Shown here piece after piece: positions 29,720-39,392 of a DNA stretch of 56,840 bases (the first letter of the stretch is position 1; each line of letters begins with the position of its first letter). The notes under the pieces were generated by a model. That model had not been told where the DNA came from, made no database searches, and saw nothing but the letters and a program-made list of their open reading frames with translations. Made by a program: the position numbers and the translations under genes. The DNA is from a virus (Duplodnaviria; Caudoviricetes), in the IMG/VR virus record IMGVR_UViG_3300025120_014829, positions 1-56,840 of that record; one strand, written 5' to 3'.

Positions 29720-32700
29720 TTAACTTTCTTTGGTTGCAGTAACGTTGCCTGAATTATCAACGTTAATTCTAAATCGGCTTCCGTCAGGTGATGTCAAAAA
29801 CAAACCTTTTGCTGCTGAGCCGGTTGCTATGTGTGTACTTCCAGAAACAAACACGTCGCCTCCAAAAACAGTAGTACCTCTTGTTGTTGTACCTCTAGAA
29901 CCTATTGATCCGGATAGTATCTGTAGTGCATCCCGCTGTGGCTCAATCAATGATGTTGCAGTTGGTTCAAAAATTTGTACTACTTCTGCAGCACCAGAGT
30001 CAGCAGCAAATCTAGCTTGTTGAGAAAACCTAATATCAACTCTGTTATCACCATCAATAGTCAGAACTTGTGAATTACCTCTAATCCACGGCCCTCCTGA
30101 TTGGGCAGCGCCGGCAAAATAAAGGGAATCAGCTGTTGTTCCAGCTCCACCCATTACTATATTACCGTGGAGACGTGTATTACCACTTACTACTAAATCT
30201 CCTCCAAATGTTGCTACGCCTTTTGAGTTGGCTGTACTTGTTCTCCCTATTGCACCTGAAACTGCAAATGCTACATCAGAGCCTAGTGGACCAGGATCAT
30301 TAAAGGCTATTTCACCAGTACCGTTTATGGAAAGTGCTTCTTTACCTCCGTTAGAATGAAACATTATGTTTTTATTATGAACAGAAGAAGATAAAATACC
30401 ACCTAAGCTTGATCCAGTTACTATTAAATAAGTGTTTCCACTATTATCACCTACACCAAATTTAGAATTTGTGCCTAGTGAAACAAATGCTTGCTTGTTA
30501 GCACCTGGAGATAATATGACATCATGAGATCCAGCAACAAAGACATCATTTGCGCTTGTGATTCCAGTTCCATCTCCTATAAATCTTGTTGCTGCCCCAA
30601 ATGAAACGTTTCTTCCGGGTGCCATTAAGATATCTTTTGCAGAAGAGTCAATTCTAAATACTTCATCCCCGCCACCGGTGGCATTTTCCTTAAAAATAAT
30701 GTCTTTGTCAGTCTGCCTAGGTTGTATAACTGCATCATTATTACTGGTTGAGATTCTTAAAAATTCTGTCGTTCCTTTTTTAAATTTTAATTTGCCACTA
30801 TTAGCATCAAGGATCATGTCTTTACCAGCTGATGATGATATTATAAGGTGGCTAGACGCGTCAGGTGAAATTGTTCCAAACTGTACACCTTCCTTGTTAA
30901 ACAATACATCACCAAAATTCGAATCTATGTTTATTAGCCTACCAGCTGATGATGATATTATGAACTGAGATGAATTTCCAGAAATCGTCCCTATTTCATT
31001 TTCAGAAATATTAAGTGATATTTCGTTTGGTGTACCTAATTTTAGATTCTTGGCTTTTGAAGCACTAACGATAAGTTGCGTTGCAGAGTTACTAATCGAA
31101 CCAAATTGATCATTGTTATCTTTTAATAAAATATCACTACCGTTTGCATCAAGCACAATATCAGTTTCTGCGTCAATTAATACTTGAGCAGCTGATGATG
31201 CTAGCGTTAAATTACCTGCTGATGTAGTAAAGTTCGAAGCTTGGGCTGCAGAAATCGTAACGTTACCAGCAGTTGCATTTATATCGATATTACCTAATCT
31301 AGAGGTTAAATCGATCTCTCCAGAATCTGATGCTAAATTTAGACCGGTGGAACCTGAGACTGTTAGCGCGCCATTGGTTGTTACGTTAGACGCGCCAACA
31401 CCGTCAATTGAAACCACTCCGCCGGCATCTAATGTAAAATTACCTTGAACATCCGCATCAACAACACCTGCATCAATATCCAAAATCGATCCAGCATTTG
31501 CATTTGCATCGATTAGTATTGCTTGACCTGATGTGTGAGCTGAGTGGAGTGTGATTAATCCATCTGCCGTTGTTGTTGTCAATGAAATGTCATCTGCAGC
31601 ATCAAGTGTAATATTATCGCCGGCATCAATATCAATCGATCCTGCTACTGCATTAATATCAATTAATCCTTGTGTTGCTGTGATATCAACTTCTCCACCA
31701 TGAGAGTGAAGACTTAAACCAGTTGAACCAGAAACTGTCAATGCGCCATTTGTTGTTACGTTAGATGTACCAACAGCATCTAAAGTAAAAGCTGCAGCAG
31801 TATTCAAGTCTATAGCGCCGTCAATATTAAAAACTAAATTTGCATTGGCACCATCATCGTCGACTGTTGTTAGCGTAGTTACGCCGTTTGCGCCTACTGA
31901 TATTGTGCATTTATCACCGGTGTCAGCTTTCGACACCATCTCAATGTGGTTGTTTGTGTCTGCATCACCGATGTTAATATGCAACCCAGTATGCGTGTGT
32001 GTTCCGTCAGTGTCGCCAGACATTGTGATCCTATGACCAAATGCCTCTATAATACCATCAGCTGCAGAATTTGTTTCGACTTCAACATCAATACCTACGA
32101 TTTTTGCTGTCGCACTTGTCACTTCTCCTGCTTGATCTAGATCGACATGTATACCTACAACTGGATCAGCAGCACCCGTACCAGAATGATTACGGTGAAC
32201 TAGTAAACCAGGCACGGCGCCGTTGCTATCTGCTTGTATTTTTAAAGCTCTAGCACCGGTGGCACTTGCATTATTTTGAATTATTTCGACAGTATTTCTT
32301 GTCCCAGTGTTCGCTGAATTGTCGTCAACATAAATTGCATTACCTGTTGTTAACCCGTCAGCAGTTATATCAATTACTTTTGCTGTTGTCACTGCGTCTG
32401 CTGATATATCTAAAACGTCTGCTGTTATATTTGCGGCTATCACATTGATAGCAACTTTGTCAGTATCATCATGATCGATTTGCAAGGTTGGTATACCTGA
32501 TGCTGCTTCACCCTGGACATCTAATAATGCATCAGGAGAAGTGTCGCCGATTCCGATCCTCTTATTGGTCGAATCGACATTGAATATTGCTACTCCGGCT
32601 GCATTTCTAAACGCAACAGAAGTAGTTGAGTTTGTATCAGGTTCTACGTACAAATTACCAGTTACTATCAGATCTCCATCCGCAACTGAATCTACTTCAA

Positions 32701-32995
32701 TTACTTGACGCTCTGCGTATAAAGTTCCAGAAATAACAACATCACCGCCGAATAATGTTGCAGCTGTTCTCGTAAAATTTCCTGCATCTTTAGACTTGTG
32801 TGATCCTGAGATAAACATGAAAACGTCTGTACCTACATCAGCTAACATTGCAGAGTCAGAAACGCCACCTATTCTATTAGTAGCAACTGATCCGCTGTAG
32901 ATCATAATCCCTAAAGGTTTTCCTGCAGCTAAATTACCTGATGCAATTATTTTACTAGTTTCTATTTGTTGTGCTCTAAAGTCTCTTGTTGACAT
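29720..32995 (-). CDS. Tail fibre/virion structural protein (1091 aa, Ser/Thr/Gly/Ala-rich, beta repeats)
   Basis: RIGIG.TSP...LDV fibre motif, repeated FGGD.V.SG and SNVTTNGALTVSGSTGL units, C-terminal LTSPDGSRFRINVDNSGNV. Confidence 0.75.
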   Translation of the reverse strand: MSTRDFRAQQIETSKIIASGNLAAGKPLGIMIYSGSVATNRIGGVSDSAMLADVGTDVFMFISGSHKSKDAGNFTRTAATLFGGDVVISGTLYAERQVIEVDSVADGDLIVTGNLYVEPDTNSTTSVAFRNAAGVAIFNVDSTNKRIGIGDTSPDALLDVQGEAASGIPTLQIDHDDTDKVAINVIAANITADVLDISADAVTTAKVIDITADGLTTGNAIYVDDNSANTGTRNTVEIIQNNASATGARALKIQADSNGAVPGLLVHRNHSGTGAADPVVGIHVDLDQAGEVTSATAKIVGIDVEVETNSAADGIIEAFGHRITMSGDTDGTHTHTGLHINIGDADTNNHIEMVSKADTGDKCTISVGANGVTTLTTVDDDGANANLVFNIDGAIDLNTAAAFTLDAVGTSNVTTNGALTVSGSTGLSLHSHGGEVDITATQGLIDINAVAGSIDIDAGDNITLDAADDISLTTTTADGLITLHSAHTSGQAILIDANANAGSILDIDAGVVDADVQGNFTLDAGGVVSIDGVGASNVTTNGALTVSGSTGLNLASDSGEIDLTSRLGNIDINATAGNVTISAAQASNFTTSAGNLTLASSAAQVLIDAETDIVLDANGSDILLKDNNDQFGSISNSATQLIVSASKAKNLKLGTPNEISLNISENEIGTISGNSSQFIISSSAGRLINIDSNFGDVLFNKEGVQFGTISPDASSHLIISSSAGKDMILDANSGKLKFKKGTTEFLRISTSNNDAVIQPRQTDKDIIFKENATGGGDEVFRIDSSAKDILMAPGRNVSFGAATRFIGDGTGITSANDVFVAGSHDVILSPGANKQAFVSLGTNSKFGVGDNSGNTYLIVTGSSLGGILSSSVHNKNIMFHSNGGKEALSINGTGEIAFNDPGPLGSDVAFAVSGAIGRTSTANSKGVATFGGDLVVSGNTRLHGNIVMGGAGTTADSLYFAGAAQSGGPWIRGNSQVLTIDGDNRVDIRFSQQARFAADSGAAEVVQIFEPTATSLIEPQRDALQILSGSIGSRGTTTRGTTVFGGDVFVSGSTHIATGSAAKGLFLTSPDGSRFRINVDNSGNVTATKES

Positions 32996-33009
32996 AAAAT
33001 ATTTTCTCC

Positions 33010-33318
33010 TTAAGCTGCTTGGATTGCGTGGTAATGCAGTTCACCAGTAAAAGCAGAAGAAAAACCAATAACTACTTGTGTTGTTGACACTGACACTATG
33101 AAAGTGTTAATATTTGCACCATTATTACTAGCGCTGTCAAAAGCAGTTGCTGTTACAAACGGCGCTGATGTAAAATTTGTTGAAAAAGCAATTGTTATTG
33201 TATCTGTACCTGCTATTTCTTTTTTTCCTGATTCGAATACCACATTCCCTCCTGATACTGGCTTTCTTCTTATAAATGGATATACTTTTCTAAATCTGTT
33301 ATCATCTCTTAACGCCAT
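33010..33318 (-). CDS. Small beta-sandwich virion accessory protein (H-lectin/gp53-like)
   Basis: Start MALRDDNRF overlaps the PhoH stop (TAATG); ITIAFSTNFTSAPFVTAT pattern. Confidence 0.55.
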   Translation of the reverse strand: MALRDDNRFRKVYPFIRRKPVSGGNVVFESGKKEIAGTDTITIAFSTNFTSAPFVTATAFDSASNNGANINTFIVSVSTTQVVIGFSSAFTGELHYHAIQAA

Positions 33319-34667
33319 TATATTATCCTTGCTGCTACAGCAGATAAGTATGATCTTTCTCCTCTTTTTAATGCAATGTGCGATGCACAATCTTCATTTT
33401 TAAATTTCTCAGAGACTACAGTTAAACCGTTTGATAGTGTATCTATATATGGCGTGTCAATTTGATCTACATCTCCAAGCAGAATTATTTTAGAGTTTTC
33501 TCCCATTCTAGTAATAACCGTCTTAAGCTCATGAATCGTTGCGTTTTGTGCTTCGTCCATTATCAAAATACTATTATTAAAAGTCCTACCTCTTATAAAA
33601 GATAAAGGCGCTACTTCAATTATGCCCTGTTCTTTTAATGAACTAAACAAGGAAAGATTGTTATCTTTTAGACCTACACGGAAGTTATCCATAATAGGTG
33701 CCAACCATGGGCTCATTTTATCATCAGCAGTACCAGGTAAAAAACCAATATCCCTACCCACAGGTGTAATATTTCTTGTTATAATAATTCTATCATAATA
33801 CCCAGCCTGGACTAGTGCGTATGCGGACATCAAAGTTATAAATGTTTTTCCGCTACCTGCAAGGCCTGATATTGTGACTAACGGCAAAGATATATCGAGT
33901 AATGAGTTTAATGCATAAAGTTGTTCTCTATTTTTTGGAGAAATACCTAGTCTTAAAAATTCTTCCATTAATTCTTTTGCTTGATGTATTTTTTCTATCT
34001 TTCCCTGATCCCATCGACCTAAAAAAGAAGAACTTCCTGATTTAACACAGAAATATTCATTTGCATGAGGCTTCCTACCTATTTTTTCTTCGCACAAATC
34101 AACAAATTCTTCTAAAACATCACCTTCTTCATTATTTAATGTATAGTCGTATAGTCGGCCTATTATACCGGTGTCATCTGTGTTTAAATCAAAAAACCCT
34201 TTAAATGCTTCTGAGTTTTCTAAAACTATTTTATCTTTATAATAATCTTCTGACTTAATACCTAGTGAATCACATTTAACTCTAAAGTTGATGTCTTTTG
34301 TTATCAGAATAACTTTTGATTTATTACCTTCTTGCAGATTTAAAGCTAAGGATATCATTTTATTATCAGCATAATCAGGATCTAAACCTAGAGGAACTTG
34401 ATTAAATCCTGAGAGTGCAACCCTTATTGTTTGACCATTTTCAATTTCAATCCCCTCATGAAGACTGCCTTTCCTTCTTAAGCCGTCTAAGTATCGATTA
34501 ATATACCTAGCATTTTCACCCACAAGACCCTTTTTATCTTTAAAGCGATCTAGTTCATCTAAGACCACTAACGGTAATAAAACATCATTTTCTGGAAAAG
34601 AGTGTATTGAATTTTTGTCATAAAGCAAAACACTAGTATCGATGATAAAAATTTTTCTTTCATTCAT
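33318..34667 (-). CDS. phoH: PIN-PhoH fusion (PhoH2/YlaK-type)
   Basis: IIDTSVLL...VLDELD (PIN); GLAGSGKT, IGFLPG, RGRT, DEAQN, GD..Q (PhoH). Confidence 0.93.
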   Translation of the reverse strand: MNERKIFIIDTSVLLYDKNSIHSFPENDVLLPLVVLDELDRFKDKKGLVGENARYINRYLDGLRRKGSLHEGIEIENGQTIRVALSGFNQVPLGLDPDYADNKMISLALNLQEGNKSKVILITKDINFRVKCDSLGIKSEDYYKDKIVLENSEAFKGFFDLNTDDTGIIGRLYDYTLNNEEGDVLEEFVDLCEEKIGRKPHANEYFCVKSGSSSFLGRWDQGKIEKIHQAKELMEEFLRLGISPKNREQLYALNSLLDISLPLVTISGLAGSGKTFITLMSAYALVQAGYYDRIIITRNITPVGRDIGFLPGTADDKMSPWLAPIMDNFRVGLKDNNLSLFSSLKEQGIIEVAPLSFIRGRTFNNSILIMDEAQNATIHELKTVITRMGENSKIILLGDVDQIDTPYIDTLSNGLTVVSEKFKNEDCASHIALKRGERSYLSAVAARII

Positions 34668-34736
34668 TGAGCCACCTTTTGTTAATTTAACTATATCATT
34701 ATATAATAATAATTATTAAGATGGAGCTGTTTAATA

Positions 34737-34985
34737 ATGAAATGTTTTGAATATAACAACACATGTAAAAATAATTGTATGAAAACTGATTGTAGATATT
34801 GGATCAAAAAGGAATCATATCAAAATTGTTGCTTGATTGCTGCTGATAAAAATGGTTTAAATAGAGAAGAAAAATTTACACTTCAAGATATTGGTGACAT
34901 ATTTAGAGTTACGAGAATGAGAATTTGTCAAATTGAAAAAATTGCTGTTCGCAAACTCAAAGATAAGTTTTCTAACTTTGAATAA
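34737..34985 (+). CDS. Stand-alone sigma70 region-4 HTH protein with a Cys-rich N-terminus
   Basis: TLQDIGDIFRVTRMRICQIEKIAVRKL; C..C...C....C N-terminus. Confidence 0.8.
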   Translation: MKCFEYNNTCKNNCMKTDCRYWIKKESYQNCCLIAADKNGLNREEKFTLQDIGDIFRVTRMRICQIEKIAVRKLKDKFSNFE

Positions 34986-34988
34986 TAA

Positions 34989-35013
34989 AAAAGTCACACT
35001 AAGTGTGACTTTT
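34989..35013. terminator. Bidirectional intrinsic terminator
   Basis: AAAAGTCACAC-TAA-GTGTGACTTTT perfect inverted repeat between convergent genes. Confidence 0.8.
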
Positions 35014-35037
35014 AAAGTTTATGAAATATTAAAATTT

Positions 35038-35229
35038 CTATTCTTTACTAGTATCAAGGGAAGTCTTTACAATACTTGATGCAAGTTTTTTTGCTTCTCT
35101 CAAACCTTTTCTAGCTCTTACACCTGCTGATTTATTTCCTTGGGCATTTTTTACAACGTCCGTCTGCAGTGTTTCAATCAACACCTTCAATTCTTCATAC
35201 TGTGAAATTAAAGCTTCATTCAATGACAT
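35038..35229 (-). CDS. Histone H1-like (Hc1 family) nucleoid protein
   Basis: GNKSAGVRARKGL signature in a 63 aa helical hairpin; GGAGG RBS. Confidence 0.8.
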   Translation of the reverse strand: MSLNEALISQYEELKVLIETLQTDVVKNAQGNKSAGVRARKGLREAKKLASSIVKTSLDTSKE

Positions 35230-35238
35230 ATTTTCCTC

Positions 35239-35499
35239 CTACTCTAAAATAATCTTTGGTTTATTGCTGTCTTCTATATTATTATCTGCTTTTTCTTCTT
35301 TGTTAATTACTTCTCTATACTTTTTTAATACTTCTGCTATATCTTTAAGAGCTTCGTTACTCTCTAAACTCAAGCAGATACCATGTAACACATCATATTT
35401 TTGTTGTTCAGAAACACCAAATTTTAATATCTCTGAGACAATATCTCTTGATTTCTGTTTATCACGTGCTAATTTTTGTAACTTTACATTACTAGTCAT
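35239..35499 (-). CDS. Hypothetical protein
   Basis: 86 aa ORF with GGAG RBS, in operon. Confidence 0.7.
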   Translation of the reverse strand: MTSNVKLQKLARDKQKSRDIVSEILKFGVSEQQKYDVLHGICLSLESNEALKDIAEVLKKYREVINKEEKADNNIEDSNKPKIILE

Positions 35500-35501
35500 T
35501 A

Positions 35502-35972
35502 CTACTCCTTAATGATTGCTGTGTTTATTACTTCAGACTTTATTTTAAATTTATTATTACCCTCTATTGAGAGAATTTTAAAAATTTGATTTTTTTCTAA
35601 ATTTTCACGACCAATCACTATATCCCTAGGAAAATTTATATTTTCTAAGATGTCTTCGACTTCTTCATAAACATCAACAGAAACTTGATGGTTGTCAAGT
35701 ATTAAACAAATTTTTTCTGGAAGGCTAATTGATATATCTGACTTACTCCTAACACATTGCAAGTCTTCTTTACCTATCGTTATCTCAGACTTGCAAAATT
35801 CATATACAAAATGTGTTATGCCGCAATTGTTGCAGTTTACGTATTTTGAAATTACTCTGTCAGTCTTTTTATCAATTTTACTGTATACAGCAAACTTGTG
35901 ATAGATAATTGGTTTACGATCTTTGAAGATAGGTAAAACACAATGACATTCAATTAGATGCCTTTGACTCAT
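35502..35972 (-). CDS. Hypothetical protein with a putative Zn site
   Basis: ECHC ... CNNCGITH ... C. Confidence 0.7.
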   Translation of the reverse strand: MSQRHLIECHCVLPIFKDRKPIIYHKFAVYSKIDKKTDRVISKYVNCNNCGITHFVYEFCKSEITIGKEDLQCVRSKSDISISLPEKICLILDNHQVSVDVYEEVEDILENINFPRDIVIGRENLEKNQIFKILSIEGNNKFKIKSEVINTAIIKE

Positions 35973-36181
35973 TTTTTGTTTACTATTTTCTCAATTTGAC
36001 TTGCAGTTCTAGAAAATGAATTACCTATACTTGCTTCGACATAGAAACACACTTTCTTTAGCTGTTCTTCGTTTAAATCAAGCTTACCTTCACTTTTAGC
36101 ATCTAACAAACTTTTCTTTGTTTGAGACTTTATAAAGTCTACCATTTGTGCAATTTCTGACATTACATTTAATTTGCTCAT
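35969..36181 (-). CDS. Hypothetical protein
   Basis: 70 aa ORF, GAGGGG RBS, ATGA overlap with the next gene. Confidence 0.7.
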   Translation of the reverse strand: MSKLNVMSEIAQMVDFIKSQTKKSLLDAKSEGKLDLNEEQLKKVCFYVEASIGNSFSRTASQIEKIVNKK

Positions 36182-36191
36182 TTTAACCCCT

Positions 36192-37436
36192 CTATTTGTT
36201 AATTATTAAAACTTCAAAACTTTCAAGCTTTTCAGTTAGACTTTTGATCTTTCCATTAGCAATATTAATATAGTCGCTTGGTATGTAAAATATTTGATCA
36301 TCTAATGATCTTACTAACACTTGATTTTTATTTGTATTTGCCAAGAATCTAAAAAAGTAATCTAATTCTCTTAATGACTTTTTATTACGTGTCATCATAT
36401 CTGGAAGATAAACGTTAACTCTTTCTGAAGTTAGATTTTTCAATCTTTGTTGTAGCGGTTCTATTTTAACATCACTTTTTAACTTTGCATCCTGTATTCG
36501 CTTTTTAATAAATTCTCTATGCAACTCTATCTCTACTTTTCCTATACATGGTTTTAGTATAATCTTGCCCGGTCTAAAACTTATACAATCACCTGTTTTT
36601 AATTTTTTCCTTACTTCTTGTGAGATAGTTTGACCCATAGCACTAGTAACAACATCAGCACCATGAATTACTGCGATATCATTTAGGACATTAAGTGTGT
36701 TTTCATCACTTGAATCTAGACACACTGGATACACTCTGAATTTGTTCATCGAATTGTTTTTAATGATTGTTTGTTTTACTTCTTCTGAGACACCAAAACA
36801 AAACAAAACGTATGGTTCTTTATTTATACTAGCCTCATACAACATGTGATGTATTTCACCTAACGATTCCACAATTCCATCTACAATTATATATTTGTAT
36901 TTTTTAAATGAGTGGTTTGCATTGTTTTTAAAAAAGTCATAATCAAAACTAAAACTAAACGAAAAATCATTGAAATATTCTACACAAATTTGTTCACCAT
37001 GATATTTTTCAATATTGATTGATCTTTTGAGGCTAGCATTATCAAAAAACCACTTAGCTAGATTACGTGTAGTTGGTAACCTCAAACTCTTAATAAAGCT
37101 TTTTTGCTTTTTCTTGCAATATTTGTAATCATTCCTAACTGGTATTTTTTCTTTAAATAATTTATGCAAGAAATATTCCCCTAAGTACGGATATATTTTT
37201 TCACATTCTTCAAATTCATTTATTATTAAGTTTTTTAAAGGTACTTGATAATCATTAGTTGGCATCACGTTTAAATAATTTAATGACAAATCAGATACAA
37301 TTGTTTCACTGTCATAAATGACACTATTTTTATCCACAAAACTTTTAAAAGTATCTGCTTCTTTTTCTAAAAATTGTTGTACTTGTGCATTACCAAAAAA
37401 AATATTATGAGTCACGCCAGAGGTTGTTGCTCGCAT
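36192..37436 (-). CDS. Divergent GroEL/Cpn60-like protein (start uncertain, possibly GTG at 37415)
   Basis: IIVDGIVESLGEIHHML...EPYVLFC.GVSEEV, LNDIAVIHGADVVT...G and LQQRLKNL parallel the GroEL apical/intermediate domains. Confidence 0.65.
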   Translation of the reverse strand: MRATTSGVTHNIFFGNAQVQQFLEKEADTFKSFVDKNSVIYDSETIVSDLSLNYLNVMPTNDYQVPLKNLIINEFEECEKIYPYLGEYFLHKLFKEKIPVRNDYKYCKKKQKSFIKSLRLPTTRNLAKWFFDNASLKRSINIEKYHGEQICVEYFNDFSFSFSFDYDFFKNNANHSFKKYKYIIVDGIVESLGEIHHMLYEASINKEPYVLFCFGVSEEVKQTIIKNNSMNKFRVYPVCLDSSDENTLNVLNDIAVIHGADVVTSAMGQTISQEVRKKLKTGDCISFRPGKIILKPCIGKVEIELHREFIKKRIQDAKLKSDVKIEPLQQRLKNLTSERVNVYLPDMMTRNKKSLRELDYFFRFLANTNKNQVLVRSLDDQIFYIPSDYINIANGKIKSLTEKLESFEVLIINK

Positions 37437-39339
37437 ATGTTAAAATCTCCTCTGCAGAACTTTCGTTATAACTGTATTCTTCAATTAATGTTCCGATCAT
37501 GTCTGTATATTTTTTCTTTTGATCATCGTCTCTTGATTTTGACCGGGTAACAATCCTAGCAATGTCTTTAACAGAAGTTATTAAATACTTTTCAATTGCT
37601 TCTTTTAAAGGACCGTACGATTTATAATCAACAGTCTCACCTTTTCTCATCTTTGAGAACATATATGCAGTAACATCATTTCTGAAACCATCCCTTGCAG
37701 AACCAGTCACGCTTATCATTTCTTCAATGATTCTCATAAATTTTTCATCAGGATCTCTTTCTTCCCGCGTAATCTTATCTTTTACGCGCGTCTTGGTTGT
37801 GTAACATTCAGCATTATCTAAATAAGAATCAAATAATGATTGTGCTTGTTCTTCATAAGCTGTGATAAATGCTTTTGCAATTTCTGTTTCTAGAATTCTA
37901 AGATATTCTTCACGAATGATCTTTTGGAGTATTTCAAGATATCTAGTTTTTGCTTCTTCGTCGATAACTTGCTCTTTAACTTGTTTAATTAAAGAATCAA
38001 CTACATTAATAGGAGTAATCATTCCATTATCTGAGTCTGAAAGAGCGGCATCTAAAGATTTCATAATAAAACGTGTAGAAATACCTTCCATCCCCTCATG
38101 CTTTGCTTCATCTTTAAGATCACGAATATCAACCTTTTTAACTCTACCTTTTTCAATAATAGCTTCACCGTTATAGATTTTCAACTTTGTCAATAAATCA
38201 CACTTATTTGAGGGTTGGAGTCGCGACATAATTGAAAACATTGATGCTACTTTTAATGTGTGCGGTGCAATATGGGCATTTCTAAAGTCTGATCTTTTTA
38301 TCATTTTTTGATAAATTTTCATTTCTTGGTCTAATTCTAAAACATACGGTACATTTATTTTAACTACTCTATCTAAAATTGCTTCGTTAGTGTGCTCTGA
38401 TTTAAATCTATTCCATTCACTTTCATTACAGTGCGCAAGAATTACACCGTCAAAGAAAACCATATCATGTCTACCAGGAGCCGGTACACGTTTTTCTTGG
38501 GTTGCTGTCAGCATCGTATGTAAGAATTCAATTTCATTTTTAAACACTTCAACAAATTCGACAATACCCCTGTTACCCACATTAAACGCACCGTTTAGGG
38601 AGAGGACTCGTGGGTCATCTTCAGGATATAAATCTAGTTTACTAATGTCTTCAGTTCCAATTAACACAGAAGTATCCTGGGAGTTTGCGTCCATTGGTGG
38701 TACTACAGCAATTCCCCTTCTACCTCTTTGGGAAAATGTCGATTCAACTACTTTAAAGTTTTCGTATTTACCTTCATACTCATTTAATAATTTCCATCTA
38801 GCAATAGGGCTTAGATCGCCTTCTATTGTTACGCCTAGTATATCTTCCATATCGCTACGAAGAGATCTAGGTATTAATTGCAGGGGTTCACCGCGTTGAG
38901 GATCTCCATCTAGATGAAAATATCTTTGTCCATCAAGCGCGCTTTTTATGTGTTCTGTCAATGCAGATTTACCAGCGCCTACTGGTCCCATTAAAAGAAG
39001 CACTTGTCTACTTTCTTCACCTTTATGAGCGGCTGACTTTAAAAATCTCATTAGTTTATTAATCACAGACTCCATACCAAAAAATTCTTTTTTAAAGTAT
39101 TCGTAAGTTCTTATTTTATCACCATTAAAAATATCTCTATAAGTGTCTGAATCAATATCAACTGTATCGACACCATGATCACAAATTGTTTCATACAATC
39201 TTTTATGAGCTAGCTTTATTTTACCTGGGTCATCTCTAATCAATTCTAAGTACTCTATAAATGTACCTTTAAATTTTTCTTTCTTTTTTTTATTTCTTTG
39301 GTTTTGTATGAGTTTCAACAATTCGTTTTTACGTGTCAT
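37405..39339 (-). CDS. prkA: PrkA/YeaG family AAA+ ATPase/serine kinase
   Basis: LLMGPVGAGKS, NRGIVEFVEVFK, HCNESEW, EGMEGISTRF; 644 aa. Confidence 0.93.
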   Translation of the reverse strand: MTRKNELLKLIQNQRNKKKKEKFKGTFIEYLELIRDDPGKIKLAHKRLYETICDHGVDTVDIDSDTYRDIFNGDKIRTYEYFKKEFFGMESVINKLMRFLKSAAHKGEESRQVLLLMGPVGAGKSALTEHIKSALDGQRYFHLDGDPQRGEPLQLIPRSLRSDMEDILGVTIEGDLSPIARWKLLNEYEGKYENFKVVESTFSQRGRRGIAVVPPMDANSQDTSVLIGTEDISKLDLYPEDDPRVLSLNGAFNVGNRGIVEFVEVFKNEIEFLHTMLTATQEKRVPAPGRHDMVFFDGVILAHCNESEWNRFKSEHTNEAILDRVVKINVPYVLELDQEMKIYQKMIKRSDFRNAHIAPHTLKVASMFSIMSRLQPSNKCDLLTKLKIYNGEAIIEKGRVKKVDIRDLKDEAKHEGMEGISTRFIMKSLDAALSDSDNGMITPINVVDSLIKQVKEQVIDEEAKTRYLEILQKIIREEYLRILETEIAKAFITAYEEQAQSLFDSYLDNAECYTTKTRVKDKITREERDPDEKFMRIIEEMISVTGSARDGFRNDVTAYMFSKMRKGETVDYKSYGPLKEAIEKYLITSVKDIARIVTRSKSRDDDQKKKYTDMIGTLIEEYSYNESSAEEILTYASNNLWRDS

Positions 39340-39392
39340 AAATTATATCTCCTGTTTCATATATTAATTAATACGTTCTCAGCGTAAAATAC

